Positions 13,698 through 27,561 of a stretch of 64,000 nucleotides of DNA are shown here, in pieces. Position 1 is the first letter of the stretch. Every line of letters begins with the position of its first letter. The stretch comes from Podarcis vaucheri (lineage: Eukaryota), in assembly GCA_965113315.1 (NCBI GenBank), contig OZ220363.1; one strand, written 5' to 3'. Below the pieces are notes generated by a model. That model saw only the letters and a list, made by a program, of their open reading frames with translations, did no database searches and had not been told where the DNA came from. The position numbers and the translations under genes were made by a program.

Positions 13698-15817
13698 TAA
13701 CTTGCCCATAAGATGAGAGAAAAGGATGAGAGAAAGGAGGTCTCTGAAGAGCTCAGATGTTTTGGTTTACTTGATTTCTGTCTGTTAGTTCCTGGTGGAG
13801 ATTTAGACTAGCAGCAGGTAAGGAAGTCTTTGGACTTTGGAAGCACAACTCAGGTAATTCCCAAAGTTAGACTGGTACATTCAGCCAAGACACATTAGAG
13901 ACTAATATTTTCTAAGGCTGGCTGAGGTTATCATCCAGGTGAAAATTGGACTTGACATCCTTGGAGAAAGCATGTGGGTGACCAAGCCTAGCAATGAATT
14001 TTGGGAAGCTGTAGTGGAAAGCATGGCTCCAATTCCATAGTGGAATGCATAGTTAGCGGAGTCATCTGTTGCTTGTACAAAACTGCATGGTTGTCCACAT
14101 TACTTCTTCTTTAAGCTACAATTGTAAGCCCCTTGGGTTTATAACTTTCAGAAATACTGTTGCAAGCTGCTCTGAGCCATGCAATAAGGTAGGGCATAGC
14201 TCAGACAAATACCCCTTTGGTTACCCAGCTTAAATCATAATAGGCAGAGGTAACAGGAAAACTAAATGCTGCTGCTGGGCAGATGTGGGAATGTGGTTGC
14301 CCAAAGAGGCATCATATATTCCTTCCCACTGTCTTGTAGAAGCTGTTAAGTTGCTATAGTCCCATGGTAAGCCATGAATCTGATCTCCTTGTTCATTAAG
14401 GAACCTGGATAAAAGTGTAACGTTTTTTCTCTAGTAACCTAAGAAGCGTGTCATCTTGGTCAGTAAAAGTAGCATCTTTTTGTGACTGACACCTCCAGTC
14501 CTGATTATTTTAACAGTAACCAAAACCATATATTTTACTAGGTGAGGTTCCTTGCATCCCTGACAGACATAGCTAACAGCGGTTGCTCGTTCCTCCTACC
14601 CTGCTTCAACAGTTTTGCTGATTCGCTATTGATAGAAAGGTGGTGATTGGTGACATTATAATTATTGCCATGGCAACATCATATGAAGTTGCTAAGAGGG
14701 GAAGATGTCTGTGTGAGTCAGCATTTTTATGCTGAGGTAGGCGAGATGCAGTAAGAGACTAGCATTCATTTCTTATGTCAGCAAAATCAGCATGCTTGTG
14801 ATAATATTGTTAGCAACCAAAAGTGAAATGATCCTTATAGTAACTATGGTTCCACACACAGAGACCCCTCTCGTGACTATACCTGAGCGCAGCCTGGCTC
14901 TGTGTTCATGGGTCTATATATACCTAAACTTCCTAATAACAATAGTGTATGCTGTATGGTGCTCTGAGAAAGATACCTCAACAAGTATACTTGTCTGAGA
15001 CAGACAATCCCAAGCTGTCCTCCCTTTTGGTGCAATTATTTGCACCCTTATCTTGGTGTAGGCCTCATTTAGATCAGTTCTACAGGCTGCAAGTCATGAA
15101 AAAATTGTTTTTGTATCCTCAAATTTTAACAAAACAAAGGTAGACATTTCAACTAACATATCTAACAATTTTGGATAGGAGAAGACAAAACAAAGGAAAG
15201 CTGGGGTGGGCCTCATCTTCTCTAACCTGTTTAACATTCAGCGCAAGAGAACCCGCTGAAACAAAAACCCTATATAGTGTAGTGGAGTATAGTGGAGATT
15301 CTATATGTGTAGAGGGCGGCTTCTCATACTGCCCCTTACCAAAACAGGGCATTAAAAAGATTTGCACCTTCTCTGTTTGCAACTTACACAAATCAGGGAC
15401 AAACGTCTTAAGCTGACAGCTCTCCTGCTTAGTACTGGTCCAGGAAGTAAGCAGACTAGTGGAAAGGGGAGGTGACAGAATCTGTGATGTCCTTTCAAAG
15501 TCCTTAAAGAAGATGTTACGGAGAGGCCTTTTGGAAAATGCACATAGCCCTCATAGTTGCCCTTTACTGCATTTGTGGTGGTGGGAAGTGGAGGTCCTGT
15601 CAACACCTCCTAGTTCACTAGTAGAAACAATCTGACCTGGGGGGGGGGGGTTAAGTGCATATTTTTGTGGTATGTGCAACTCGTATTAATGTTGTAATTA
15701 TCAGTTAGTCTAGAATATGACTCTAATGATCTCACTTATCAAAGCTTAGTATGGTATATAAATTGTTTCTTATGCCATGTTTTTACATATTGCTAACTTA
15801 AATTATTTATTTCCTAG

Positions 15818-15991
<174 letters not shown>

Positions 15992-17591
15992 TAAAAAGTT
16001 CCCCACCCTTCTTATCAGGTACCTAGACTAGAATAACTGCAACTTTTTTTTCCCTATTGGCTGGATCCTATCCTGATAACATTTGAATAACAGCACAAGA
16101 AGTGTGGATAATGGAAGGTTCTATGTCAGGGCCCCTAGGGAGCAGCAGCAGCACGGATAATGGAACCTTCTAACATGATCTGCCACATAATTCTGACGTG
16201 AGATCTGACCTTGATGAAGTAGTCTCCATGCATCACCAGAAATGTATAAGCCAGGCCTAAGATGATTAACAGCATGGTTGCATTTATACTTTCTCCCAAA
16301 TTTCCCTAGTATTCTCTGTACTTCCCAAAACCGCTCTGTAGCTTGTTATTGTGGAGCTCATTTGTAAATTCAGTAGTAACAGGACACCTGTTTCTGACTG
16401 GGCTGGGACTCCACCATGAACAAACAAGCTGAATTCTGAACAAACAGCAAATGACATGGTATCTCTACAGTACATGAGGAGAGGTGGAAACAAAGGCAGA
16501 TCATCCTGCATTGTCTCTCACATACTAGTTGCATTTCTCTGGGCATTTTATATCCTGAGCCACCACACTTGTTAATCAAGGGACCATTATAACCTTCAGT
16601 TCTCAGTAGCTAGATTCCTGGAAACATGTGTTAAATTTCCCCTTTTGCCATGTTGTTGCTTTTGCATTTTGAAAATCTACACTGGCTCTGAAATCCACAG
16701 TTTTCAAGTTGCCTTTGTTGCTCTGTTCCCTTTCGTGACATTTTCTTTTCCCCCCCCTTAAAATTTGGGAGAACATTTTGTACTGGCCATGCTCTGTCCA
16801 TTCCTCATTACCTCTATCCAGGGAGCTTTTGTGAACTAAAGAGGACAGTGTATTCAACTAGATTTTTTTTAATTTAAAAAATCATCTTTATCAGGACTTC
16901 TTTCATATGCATAGTATGGTGTTGGAAGCAGCTAGGTAGTGAGACCGAATTCATCCCAGCAGGTAGCCTCAGATGGACTCCCAAAGTTGCTGGCTCTGAA
17001 TTTTACAAAGGGCATTTCTTATCCTTTGGGATTTGCCACCAAACTGAACTATCACAGGTTACTGAGACAAATGTAGGTCCCATGAAAGCTCACAGAAGAA
17101 GCAGATGGTTAGGTGCATGGCAATATGGTTCTCTTTTTGTGCTCTGGCAACTATTGTTCTCCACCGCCATTATCATCCTCAAAGCAGCAAGGAAACGCTA
17201 TGAAAACATTACATGGCCTGAGCTTGCGAGGTGATAAGCACCTGCTTTCCTTAGATGTTTGGAAAACTCAGACTAACAGCCTATTGAGAATGGTGGCCAT
17301 TTGCTATCATTCACTGAAACAGCAGCTTAAGATTGTCTTTCATCTTCTCAATTTAGCACACACAATTCTTCTATGTCCTACTGGGCACTTGCATCAAGAA
17401 TATGTATTTTTTGTGGTAAGGAGAAGAGGACAGGGACAATTGCCCTAACCAAGAGAGGAAATCGTCTTCCAAGAAAGTATCTAAAAGACCTATATGTAGA
17501 GAATGCGTAGGTTCTAATAGTCACTCCCACCCCTCACCTGGCGTCCCCATAACCTTTTGGTGATCCATCTCGCTTTGCTCATGTCCCATGA

Positions 17592-18008
<417 letters not shown>

Positions 18009-18404
18009 TGAATCTCAGGGCGGGGGGAGTATTTTGCATAGTAATTAGTGATCCAGCATCATAACATTCTACATGCCAGCTAATCCATGCTGAATTGCTT
18101 TGCTGATCAGCAACACTGCTGTGCGATTTAGCCTCCTTATTTTGCGAAACAGCATAATTTTAAGAAATAAGACCTGGATGCCGCAGAACAGAAAATGTGC
18201 ATTCTGTTTGCCAAATTCTCTGAAAACATTACTGACAGGATGTCCCAAACAGGAAGTTTCCACAGAGCATTGCAGTTTGATGAATCAACTGTTCTTTGGT
18301 ATCTGAGAACTCATCATAGAGCAAATGGGTTGTGCAGTACAAGTCTCTGCTTGTTCACTCAGAAGTTAAGTCACTCTCAGTTCAGTAAGGTGTTCTCCCA
18401 AGTA

Positions 18405-18573
18405 CCGTATTTTTTGCACCATAACACTCACTTTTTTCCTCCTAAAAAGTAAGGGGAAATGTCTGTGCGTGTTATGGAGGGAATGCCTACGGGTGGCATG
18501 CCTACAGGTTTTCCTCCTTTAAAAACTATGTGCGTGTTATGGTCTGGTGCGTGTTATAGAGTGAAAAATATGG
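18405..18573. mobile_element. Tc1/mariner-type MITE in the 8a-8b intron
   Basis: Inverted ends CCGTATTTTT.. / ..AAAAATATGG with TA on both sides (18403-18404, 18574-18575); internal repeats of GTGCGTGTTAT. Confidence 0.75.
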
Positions 18574-19704
18574 TAAGTGTGTAAGTAGGCCGAAGCTTGA
18601 AAGTGGATCCAGAAGTCATGTCATTTCCCTCAAAAGTAGACTAGATGCTAACCTTTCACTAGCTACAGCTTAAGATGGTGGTGGATAGAAGTTGTGGAGC
18701 ACCTACTTTTTTCTGGGATACTTGCAGAAAATGCTCAACCTGTTGGTTCTAGTTAGGGTACTCCTCATGTTCTTAAGCAATTGCGCATTATCAGATTATG
18801 CCTTAATTTTTAAGAGATCCTGAGCATGCACTCTTGCTTTGTGGGCCAGAAGGGTTCTGATAGAAAGTAGACTAATCAATACTGAAGCCATGGCTAAATG
18901 GACAGATATGCATGTCTGTGTCTTCTAAAGTGAAACAGGGAGCAGTATGGTAATACTTCAGATGTAAACTGCATTTCCAGAACTCCCCTGTGACATTCCA
19001 TTGACGTTCTGTCATTTTACTGCAACTGCACGATGCAGTTACCTTAAAATCCACTGTACCAGGCAAGGGGTTACTCTACATCTTTTTCCAATGCACACAG
19101 CTGAAGTTTAAAAAAGACATCCATTTTTAATCTGCAGTTTTATAAATGGAATATCTGCTAGCTGTGCCCACAGCACAAGGGGAAGAGCTGTATGCTCAGA
19201 AAACACACATGGGACAGCCCTAGTAAGATGTCAAGCACTGGCACTGCAAGAACAGATCTTCTCTGCCTTGCATCTGGGTTTTGTCATGCCTTTTAACTTC
19301 TATATAGTGTCTTCATCGAAATTTAGCTACTTTATTCCTGTGTGTAGAACAGGCACATGGCACTGGCTGTTTACTCCCCCAGATAAAGCTAGATTTGCCC
19401 ATCTGCAAGTGGGCTGAGGCTACTGACTGTGGAGTTGTGTCAAAGCAATGTGGACTAGGCTGGTTGCTTGGAAACCAAAGCTGAAATGGGGAGGTGGGAA
19501 CGAGTGCCACAGGACTCCACAAAGCCAACCCTGCCGGTCACGTTCTGATCCGAATTCCCAGCTCTCCGCATGGAAATCTGTTTGGCCTGTCCTGCAATGC
19601 ATGATGGGAAGTTTTCCCCTCTCTTACCACCCATGACTGTTTTATTTTATTCTGTGTGCTGCTTCTTACTTTATCCTTTCAACCTCTTCTCCTTCTTTGC
19701 ACAG

Positions 19705-19790
19705 ATATTATAGGCACGCTAAGGCCGGATGAGAAGGCCATTATGACCTATGTTTCATGTTACTACCACGCCTTCTCAGGTGCGCAGAAG
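19705..19790 (+). CDS. ACTN1: ACTN1 alternative exon 8b, tandem duplicate, probably mutually exclusive with 8a ([29 protein letters not shown])
   Basis: Long pyrimidine tract + acag| ... |gtgaga, 86 bp, same phase as 8a, open frame, many synonymous differences from 8a. Confidence 0.92.
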
Positions 19791-22700
19791 GTGAGACTTT
19801 ACTCCTAACAAACCCCCTCCTCTTCCTTCTGTTTCCCGCCCACCAAATTTAGAGGCAGATACCCTAAACCGTTAGAGGTATGGAATCCAGTGCTGGCTGT
19901 CATGTTGAGCTACCTAATATTGACACAACTTCCTTAGCATCTTGGGTGATTAAAAAAACACTCTCTAGCTTTGTTGAGAACTCAGTGGATTATTTTTTTC
20001 AATGTAGTGGGTCTCTCTGCTTTTCCCCAGACAATATTTCTGGCCTAGAACACCCAAGTTGCAGCCTACTGGTTCAAATTAATATTGTAGAATATATTCA
20101 ATACTTTGCTGACAGATCAGATGACTTCCTATTGGAAAGTGCATTGCTAGTTTCAGCTGGGTGCTGGTTTCCTTAGAGGGCTCTGTTCTCAGTCATTTTT
20201 GGTGGCTGATACAACACTGGTCCACCATTGGCAATGCTAAGCCTGCTGGGAGTGTTTTAAAGACCCAGCTCTAGAGTTGCTTTTAGCCATCAGTAATAAT
20301 TACTATAGGGCTAAACAACTGAGGTCGTAACTCCAAATGATGCTCAGTTGCAGAAGTTCTCTGATATTTTCCTCCGTACTAATCTTTTGCTCCAGACTGT
20401 AATTTTTGCAGCTGGATTTAGTTAAGGACATGTTCAAAAAAAGCTATGCATGATTGAGCATCATGCGTAGATTGCTCCCCATTCATGCAACCTAAAACCA
20501 ATTGTTCAGCAGGGTTTATTTTATAAGCAATAGGTCTCCGTTATTATTGGCAGTATACCAACGGTGGTCGTTAATTTCCGAGCAGCTACTTTTCCAAGTG
20601 AAGTCAGAAAATTGCCATTCAGCCTTTATGTGGCCATAAAAACAAAATCCCTCCGCTGCTTCTGCTTTACCATCAGTGGAATCTGGTCATGTCTACGTGG
20701 ATATATATAAATGGCCACTTCTGCTTTGACAGGTGTTCTCTCAATGGGAGACCTCAGAATGTCTTGTTCTGTAGATGCCAAGCTCATGGAATTCCTGCTC
20801 AGTTTACTTATTGTTTCATGGCCAAACTCTAGTGATTTCTGTAAGTTGGGATGGCTGTTCTCTTACATCTTTTTCACACAGCCAGCCTTTGATGCCACAA
20901 TTGATTATCACAGTCTCTGCATACACCTTTTAACTTTTTCTCTGCCCCACGTTGCTTCTCTTTGCTCCCATCCATCTGTGTCCTTCCTCTGCCGGTAGTT
21001 CTGTTGCTTTCCCTCCTCGTACCCTTTACCGTGTCCCCTTACCCTTACGGCTTTTTTATCTATGTAATCATCTCTCAGTGGATTTATCCTCCCTTGACAT
21101 TTTGTACTCGTCTGCAAAAATATTTGGCTTCTGTTGGTTCTTATCACGTCTTAGATGCATTTTGTGGGAAAGCTTTGATTCAAACACACGTGTGTCATTA
21201 GCGTTGGCACTGACATCGTGCATCTATACCTGAGTAAAAGATGCCAAGGGGAAAACAGACCTTAGTCCAGGCTCCTTGGGCACACATTGGGCAATTAAAC
21301 TCTGAAAAGGATAGCTGGTAATGTAACAAGACTCTCCTTTACTGAACCAGATAACCATTCCACAAAGTTTTCTTTCTTGGACCCTATTCTCCATTCTGCA
21401 GTCACATTGCATTCCTAACTTTTTTCCTATCCCATATTTGTTGGTAGATTCACAGGGGTTCTCAGGCACAGGTGTAACTCTAAGCTGAACTGAAATATTG
21501 CAAACTAAGTTGAAAATGTTCGTTCTGGGGCCTAATTCAAATGTTACTGACATGCCATGTTAGGTGCTGAAAAACTGACTTCACTGTGGCCTGCTCCCTT
21601 GGGCCTAACTCTCCATACTGAATGAGATGCAACATAGTGTGAAAGGATATCCACCATTGCTATGGGGCTTCTCTTTCCTCTCTTCTCCACAAGCAAATTT
21701 CTGTTGCTTAAGCAAGCAGACAACATCAGATGTCACCAATATTTACAAGCATCTTCTCTGAAAGTACTAAAGGACATATTTTGTAGTTTTTAAAATAGGT
21801 AGTGACAGCAGACCTTCTAAATATGTATCTTTTTAAGAATACATTTAGTTCACTAATTACCCTTTCAGCACAAGCTTATAGAAAATCTGGGACATGAGGG
21901 TTTCTGCAGGGAGCCTTCAAACTTAGCTCAAAGGCCATGTTTCCAGGGTTTTTTTTGCCCTGAAATTGTGTAGCACTACTCTGGATTTAATATATATCTA
22001 TCAGACAGCATAGACTATGGATCTCAGTGTTGTAGTGTTCTAGAATGGGGCCCAAGAGCTTTGTTCAGTGGTGAGGCCTAGTGCCTGATGCCTTGAAACG
22101 GCTGATAAGATACAAATGAGAACATCAGTTGCACAACATCTGGATAGTTGTCGGAAGATGAATATATAATCTCAAGTTTAGCAGAATCCAAAGTTTTATA
22201 ATATATATTTTTTTAAATTGAATGCACTGTCAGCTAGCTAGCCAGTCAGCCCAGCAATGAATTCATGACCTGGAGGAAAGAGTTAGGGTCCCTGTCCCTT
22301 TGTAGCAGTCCAAATCTGGGGCTATTGTAGAGTGATTAGCAAGCATGCATTTTGGCCTTGCCCAGGAGCACAGAGTGTCTTTTCAAGCTCTGCCCTCTTA
22401 CTTGACAAGGTGACTTACTGTGATGTCGCTCCATTTCTCATTCAGATTTCTCATTACTGCTACCAGCCCTGAAGGGGAGGTCACATGATCAACTTTCTGC
22501 TTCTTTCATTCTCTTATACTGAGTCTTTAAAGGTACAGGGGCCCCAGCCTGCCATGACGTGTATGTGACTGGCTGCTTTTCCTTCATATGATTTTGTGTG
22601 TGTGCGTGTGTGTCTATGTATTTCTACACATATACTTGCTTTGGTCCATTTGCTTTCTTCCCCCCGCCCTAACTGCTTCCAACTTTAATAACACTAAACT

Positions 22701-25062
22701 GCATGAGTGTTTTTATTACTAGATGGTTTTAAATAATGTGTTTTTAATACACTGTTGAAGGAGATTCCTGGAAATAATTATAGGCAAGTATTTTGATTAA
22801 GCTTCCGTTTGATAGGTAGCATTTCAGGATTCCATCATTAATCTGTGATGAAAAGACAAATGTCCACATTGTTTTATATACCTATTATATTAAGCCTTTC
22901 ACTCATTCATTTAGACACCAGGGGAGATAGGGAGCCATATCTATGCTGTTCTTTCTTAATGTTGAGACAAAGAGGTGAGGCATTATTAGCACTATCTAGC
23001 CTTACCTGTTCTGTGGGTAGCATCTGGGATTAACAGTCTAGTCACCTATAGGAAAATACTGTGGGCATGTATTTGCTTAAGATACATTTTGGACCCATTA
23101 ATGAAAGTATACCCCTTTTGTTACTGGACAGTGGAACAAATTACCCAAATAAGTTATAAGTCTCTGTACTTGCAAGTTTTTAGGGAAAATAGCAAGATTC
23201 TTAGTAGAGCGAACTTACCAGTACTTTAATATCAGTACTTTAGGGATGTCAGATAGTGGCGGCATAATACAACCTTTTCCCTCTGCAATTCACATGTATA
23301 ATATAATACATTTAATTACAGCACCAGAAGAGAACAATTTATATTGTGAATGTTCAAGTGCTGCCAACTTGAAGTGGCTAAAAGTGTCCCATTTGTTAAA
23401 AGAGGCCTGTTCAAAAGCTTGCATAGTCCTTTCAGTGGTGGATAAAAGCAGGTTGTTTCTGCTCCAGAATTCTGTGCAAGCCCAAAATCTTAGGATTTCT
23501 AGAGACCAGCGAATGATGCTTCAGTGCCCTTTCTAGTTCTGTGATTTGTCGATACAAAAAAATATGCAAAATGAGAAAGTAAAGTTAATGCACATTCAGT
23601 TAATTTTCATAATGTTTTAGAATTCAGCTTACCTTGGCATAAAAATAATTGATTGTTATTACTTTAAACACCACACATCCCTAAACAAAAAAAAAGGTAA
23701 ATGTTGTCATTTTGGTTTATCTTCTCTGGAGCCAAAAGCTTAGTGTTGAATGTGAGCATCAGCATTGTAGGAAACTGCTTCGGTGTTCTCGCAGTTTTGA
23801 TATGGAAGTTCCCTGCCTTCCGATGGGATAGCCTGGCAGGGGTTTTTAAAAGCTATTTACTTATTTATTGTAAATATTTTTATTCTGCTTCATCGCTAAA
23901 TCTGCCCAAGATAGCTATATCAAGATGCTCAGAATGCTCAACTCTGCCAAAGTAAAGGAATTCTTAGAATGGTTTTGAAATATACTAAGACTTTCACTAC
24001 AAGAACTCAGCAAGGAAGCTGCTGGAAAAAAATGTCTCCATGCTGTAGATGTCCTGGGTTGGCAGGTAGATGGTTTCATCCATCTTGGGGGATTGTGATG
24101 AGGCACGTAGAACGAGATGGCTTCTCAGATATGTTGGGCCAGAGCAGCCTTCTCTAACCAGCTGCTCTCAAAATGCTTTAGACTACAGCTCCCATAAGCC
24201 CAGAGCCAGCATTGTCCAGGGGCAAGGAACTTCAGGCCTGGGGGTGAAATGCAGGATTGTCCTGAAGGCACACACCCCTCTTCAAGCAGAGCCTCTTTCC
24301 CAAGGCCAGACCACTTCTCTGGTCTTACTTCACGACCTCCTTGAGAGTTTTTGCTTGACTGGGAAATGGTGTTGGATTCTGAAAATGACTTGTTGGCGTG
24401 GCTGGAAGACAGAGAGGAGGGTGTTAAGTGGATGTAGAAACTAAGCCTCCTGCACAAAGGTAAAATTGTTCTACCTAGTTTTGACTGTCCCTGCCCACTG
24501 CTGGCATGTTGCCAACAGAAGGAAACACAGCCCTTGAGATGAAAACAGTTTCCCTCCCCTGTTTTTTGTCCAAATCAAACTGGAGGACACCGCTAGAGGC
24601 TGCACTAGAGGGTTGGTTTTGTTTTTGTTTTTGCTAGTTCCAGTGAAGACTAAAAGGAAAATAGAAAAAGGGTTTCAAAGTTTTAACAAGCAATGGCTCG
24701 GCTTTTTAAAAAAATGAAATTATGTTGCTACCCTCTGAAGATCTGAAAAATAATTCAGTTGATATTGTTGCAGTTCAAGTGAAAGATACAAGGGACAGTT
24801 TTGTAGCCTCTTAGGACTGTTGAGCAGTACAACTTTGGACTTCAGGTTTTATTTCTCTTCCTGCTGCCCCCAGTCTGCTCTTTCATTTAGGCCCTCTGCC
24901 CTCATGTAACTTTGAGGCTGAACTGGCAGGTTGGGATGAGTCTGTAGACTACTCAAACCCAATCCTACCTTTGGCGTTAATTCCTAAAAGTATACATCAG
25001 TTATTCTATTTTAAAAAATCTAGTACAATATATGTAATAATGAGAACTCATAGAAAAAAAAT

Positions 25063-25201
25063 AGAATTATAGAATCATAGAGTTGTCAAGCCTCTGCTTA
25101 AAGACCTCCAAAGAAGGAGACTCCACCACACTCCTTGGCAGCAAATTCCACTGTCGAACAGCTCTTACTGTCAGGAAGTTCTTCCTAATGTTTAGGTGGA
25201 A
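25063..25201 (-). mobile_element. CR1 LINE 3' fragment
   Basis: (ATAGAATC) tail repeat then AGCTCTTACTGTCAGGAAGTTCTTCCTAATGTTTAGG, reverse complement of a CR1 3' end. Confidence 0.8.
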
Positions 25202-25913
25202 CTCTTGTAAGATTAAGGGAAGTTCATGTTTCTTCCAAAACCTAAGAGTGTGAGACGATCACAGCAGAGCTACAGTTTCATATGAGAGCACTTTGATAGC
25301 TTTGAACATTTGGATATGTATGGAATAGATGTCAACAGTAGACCTGTGCCTTCACACTTTCTTCAGGGGCAAGTTAGTTTTCGTGAGAAGTGATTCCTTG
25401 TAGCACCTCAAAACAGAGGTGGAAGAATAACTACAAACAAAATGGAAAACATTGATCGTTTGAAGTGGAAGAATGTTATTCTACAAGCAAAATGGAAACC
25501 ATTGATCCATTGAGACAAATGGGGTTAGATTTTTACCTCATTTAGTTTTATAGGATGGTCTTGGAGAAGGTTTGGATAGGCACTTACTTGTTCCAAGAAT
25601 AATTTTCCACTTTATGCATTCTATCTCATACCAGACACTGATGTGCATAGATATGGATGTGCACGTAAATGGATATGGGCAAGTGTAGAGGGTAAAAAAC
25701 CTCTTAGGCATTGCAAGTGTACATTCACATCAAAACTCCCAGAAGAGAAATGATAGCAAGAGCACTTCAAAATCTTCATAATGTGGAGATAAATTTGGAC
25801 TAGTAACATTCTCTTAGACGCAGAGTGGACTGTGCCTTTCCTAAAAGCATCAAGAAGCTGAAGGAAACATCTTTGTTAACAATGTATTTTTCTTTCTTTC
25901 TAAATTTCGGTAG

Positions 25914-26069
<156 letters not shown>

Positions 26070-26630
26070 TAGAACATCCTTCTGCAACCTGGTTCTCAAA
26101 ATGCTTTGGATTATAAACTCCCATCAACCCCAGTCAGGGATGATGGGCACTATGGTCTAAAACATCTGGAGGGCACTAGATTGGGGATGACGGCTATGGG
26201 ACCTATATATTTCTCAGTTTTGGATCCCAGATATCAAAGCAACATATATTTTTAAGTATGCAGTTGCAGGAGTCTATAGGCATGTTAAATTCACTCTGGT
26301 GTGACCTTCAGGCTCATGTAAGTAATGTTCCTTTAGTGATCTGTTTGTTTATTTATTTATTATTGGGTTTTTTAAAAAACCAAATAGCATTGCATAATAC
26401 TGGGGCTAAGAAACTAAACACTAATAGGGGAAAGAAACAGATGACTGAGGCTATAGGAAAGAGTGCATTAACTGATAGTTAGAAGCTGCTCCTGACATGT
26501 GAGTGGAATAGTGTCCTGCAGGTGGTGGCAGCAGGCATGGGCAAAACAAAAATGTTAAATTAACTCCAATGCTACTGCAGAAATTGTCAAAGGAAACCTA
26601 TAATCAACCCAATTGTAGTCGTAGTAATAC

Positions 26631-26690
<60 letters not shown>
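26631..26690. repeat. (AAT)20 microsatellite, tail of the adjacent LINE fragment
   Basis: 60 bp of perfect AAT repeats. Confidence 0.95.
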
Positions 26691-26858
26691 TTATTTATAC
26701 CCCACCCATCTGGCTGGGTTTCCCCAGCCACTCTGGGCGGCTTCCAAAAGAATATTAAAATACTATGGTACTGTACATCAAACATTAAAAGCTTCCCTAA
26801 ACAGGGCTGCCTTCAGATGTCTTCTAAAAGTCTGGTAGTTGTTGTTCTCTTTGACATC
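26691..26858 (-). mobile_element. L2-like LINE 3' end
   Basis: TTATTTATACCCCACCCATCTGGCTGGGTTTCCCCAGCCACTCTGGGCGGCTT, a stem-loop tail typical of squamate L2-type ends, abutting the (ATT)n tail. Confidence 0.65.
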
Positions 26859-27228
26859 AAAAGCCACAAGGGCTAGGAATATATGCAGCCCTGGGAAGAC
26901 TATCCTCAGAATTGGTCCATCACCAAAAATCAGCGGAAATAAACTCAGAAGCATGATGTAGAAATACTCATTAGCCCCGTTGAAAATTAAAAGCTGGATT
27001 GTGTGCTTATCTTACTTGAGGTTTCATGTCATGCTTGTTAGTGTAAAGTCTAGAGATGCAAAGTGTGAAAACACATACAAACATACAAGTCTATTAAACT
27101 AGATTTCTGCCAGTTGCTGAACCTTGCTGTCAAATAAAATTACAATCATGAAAGGTAAGATAATTGTAGGACTAAAACCACAAATAACAAAAAATCAAAC
27201 CCTTGTCCCTGTTAAATGTCAGCACTGA

Positions 27229-27561
<333 letters not shown>

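Noticed and set aside
17060-17095. CTGAG..GAAAGCTCAC, a hammerhead-like fragment
   Set aside because: The CUGANGA box is broken and there is no stem II pairing.
21090-21175. A third degenerate exon 8 copy (ORF text KYLASVGSYHVLDAFCGK)
   Set aside because: Similarity to [15 protein letters not shown] is marginal, with no matching splice sites or 86-nt length.
26555-26838. Poly-Ile / poly-Leu ORFs
   Set aside because: Translations of the (AAT)20 microsatellite at a LINE tail.
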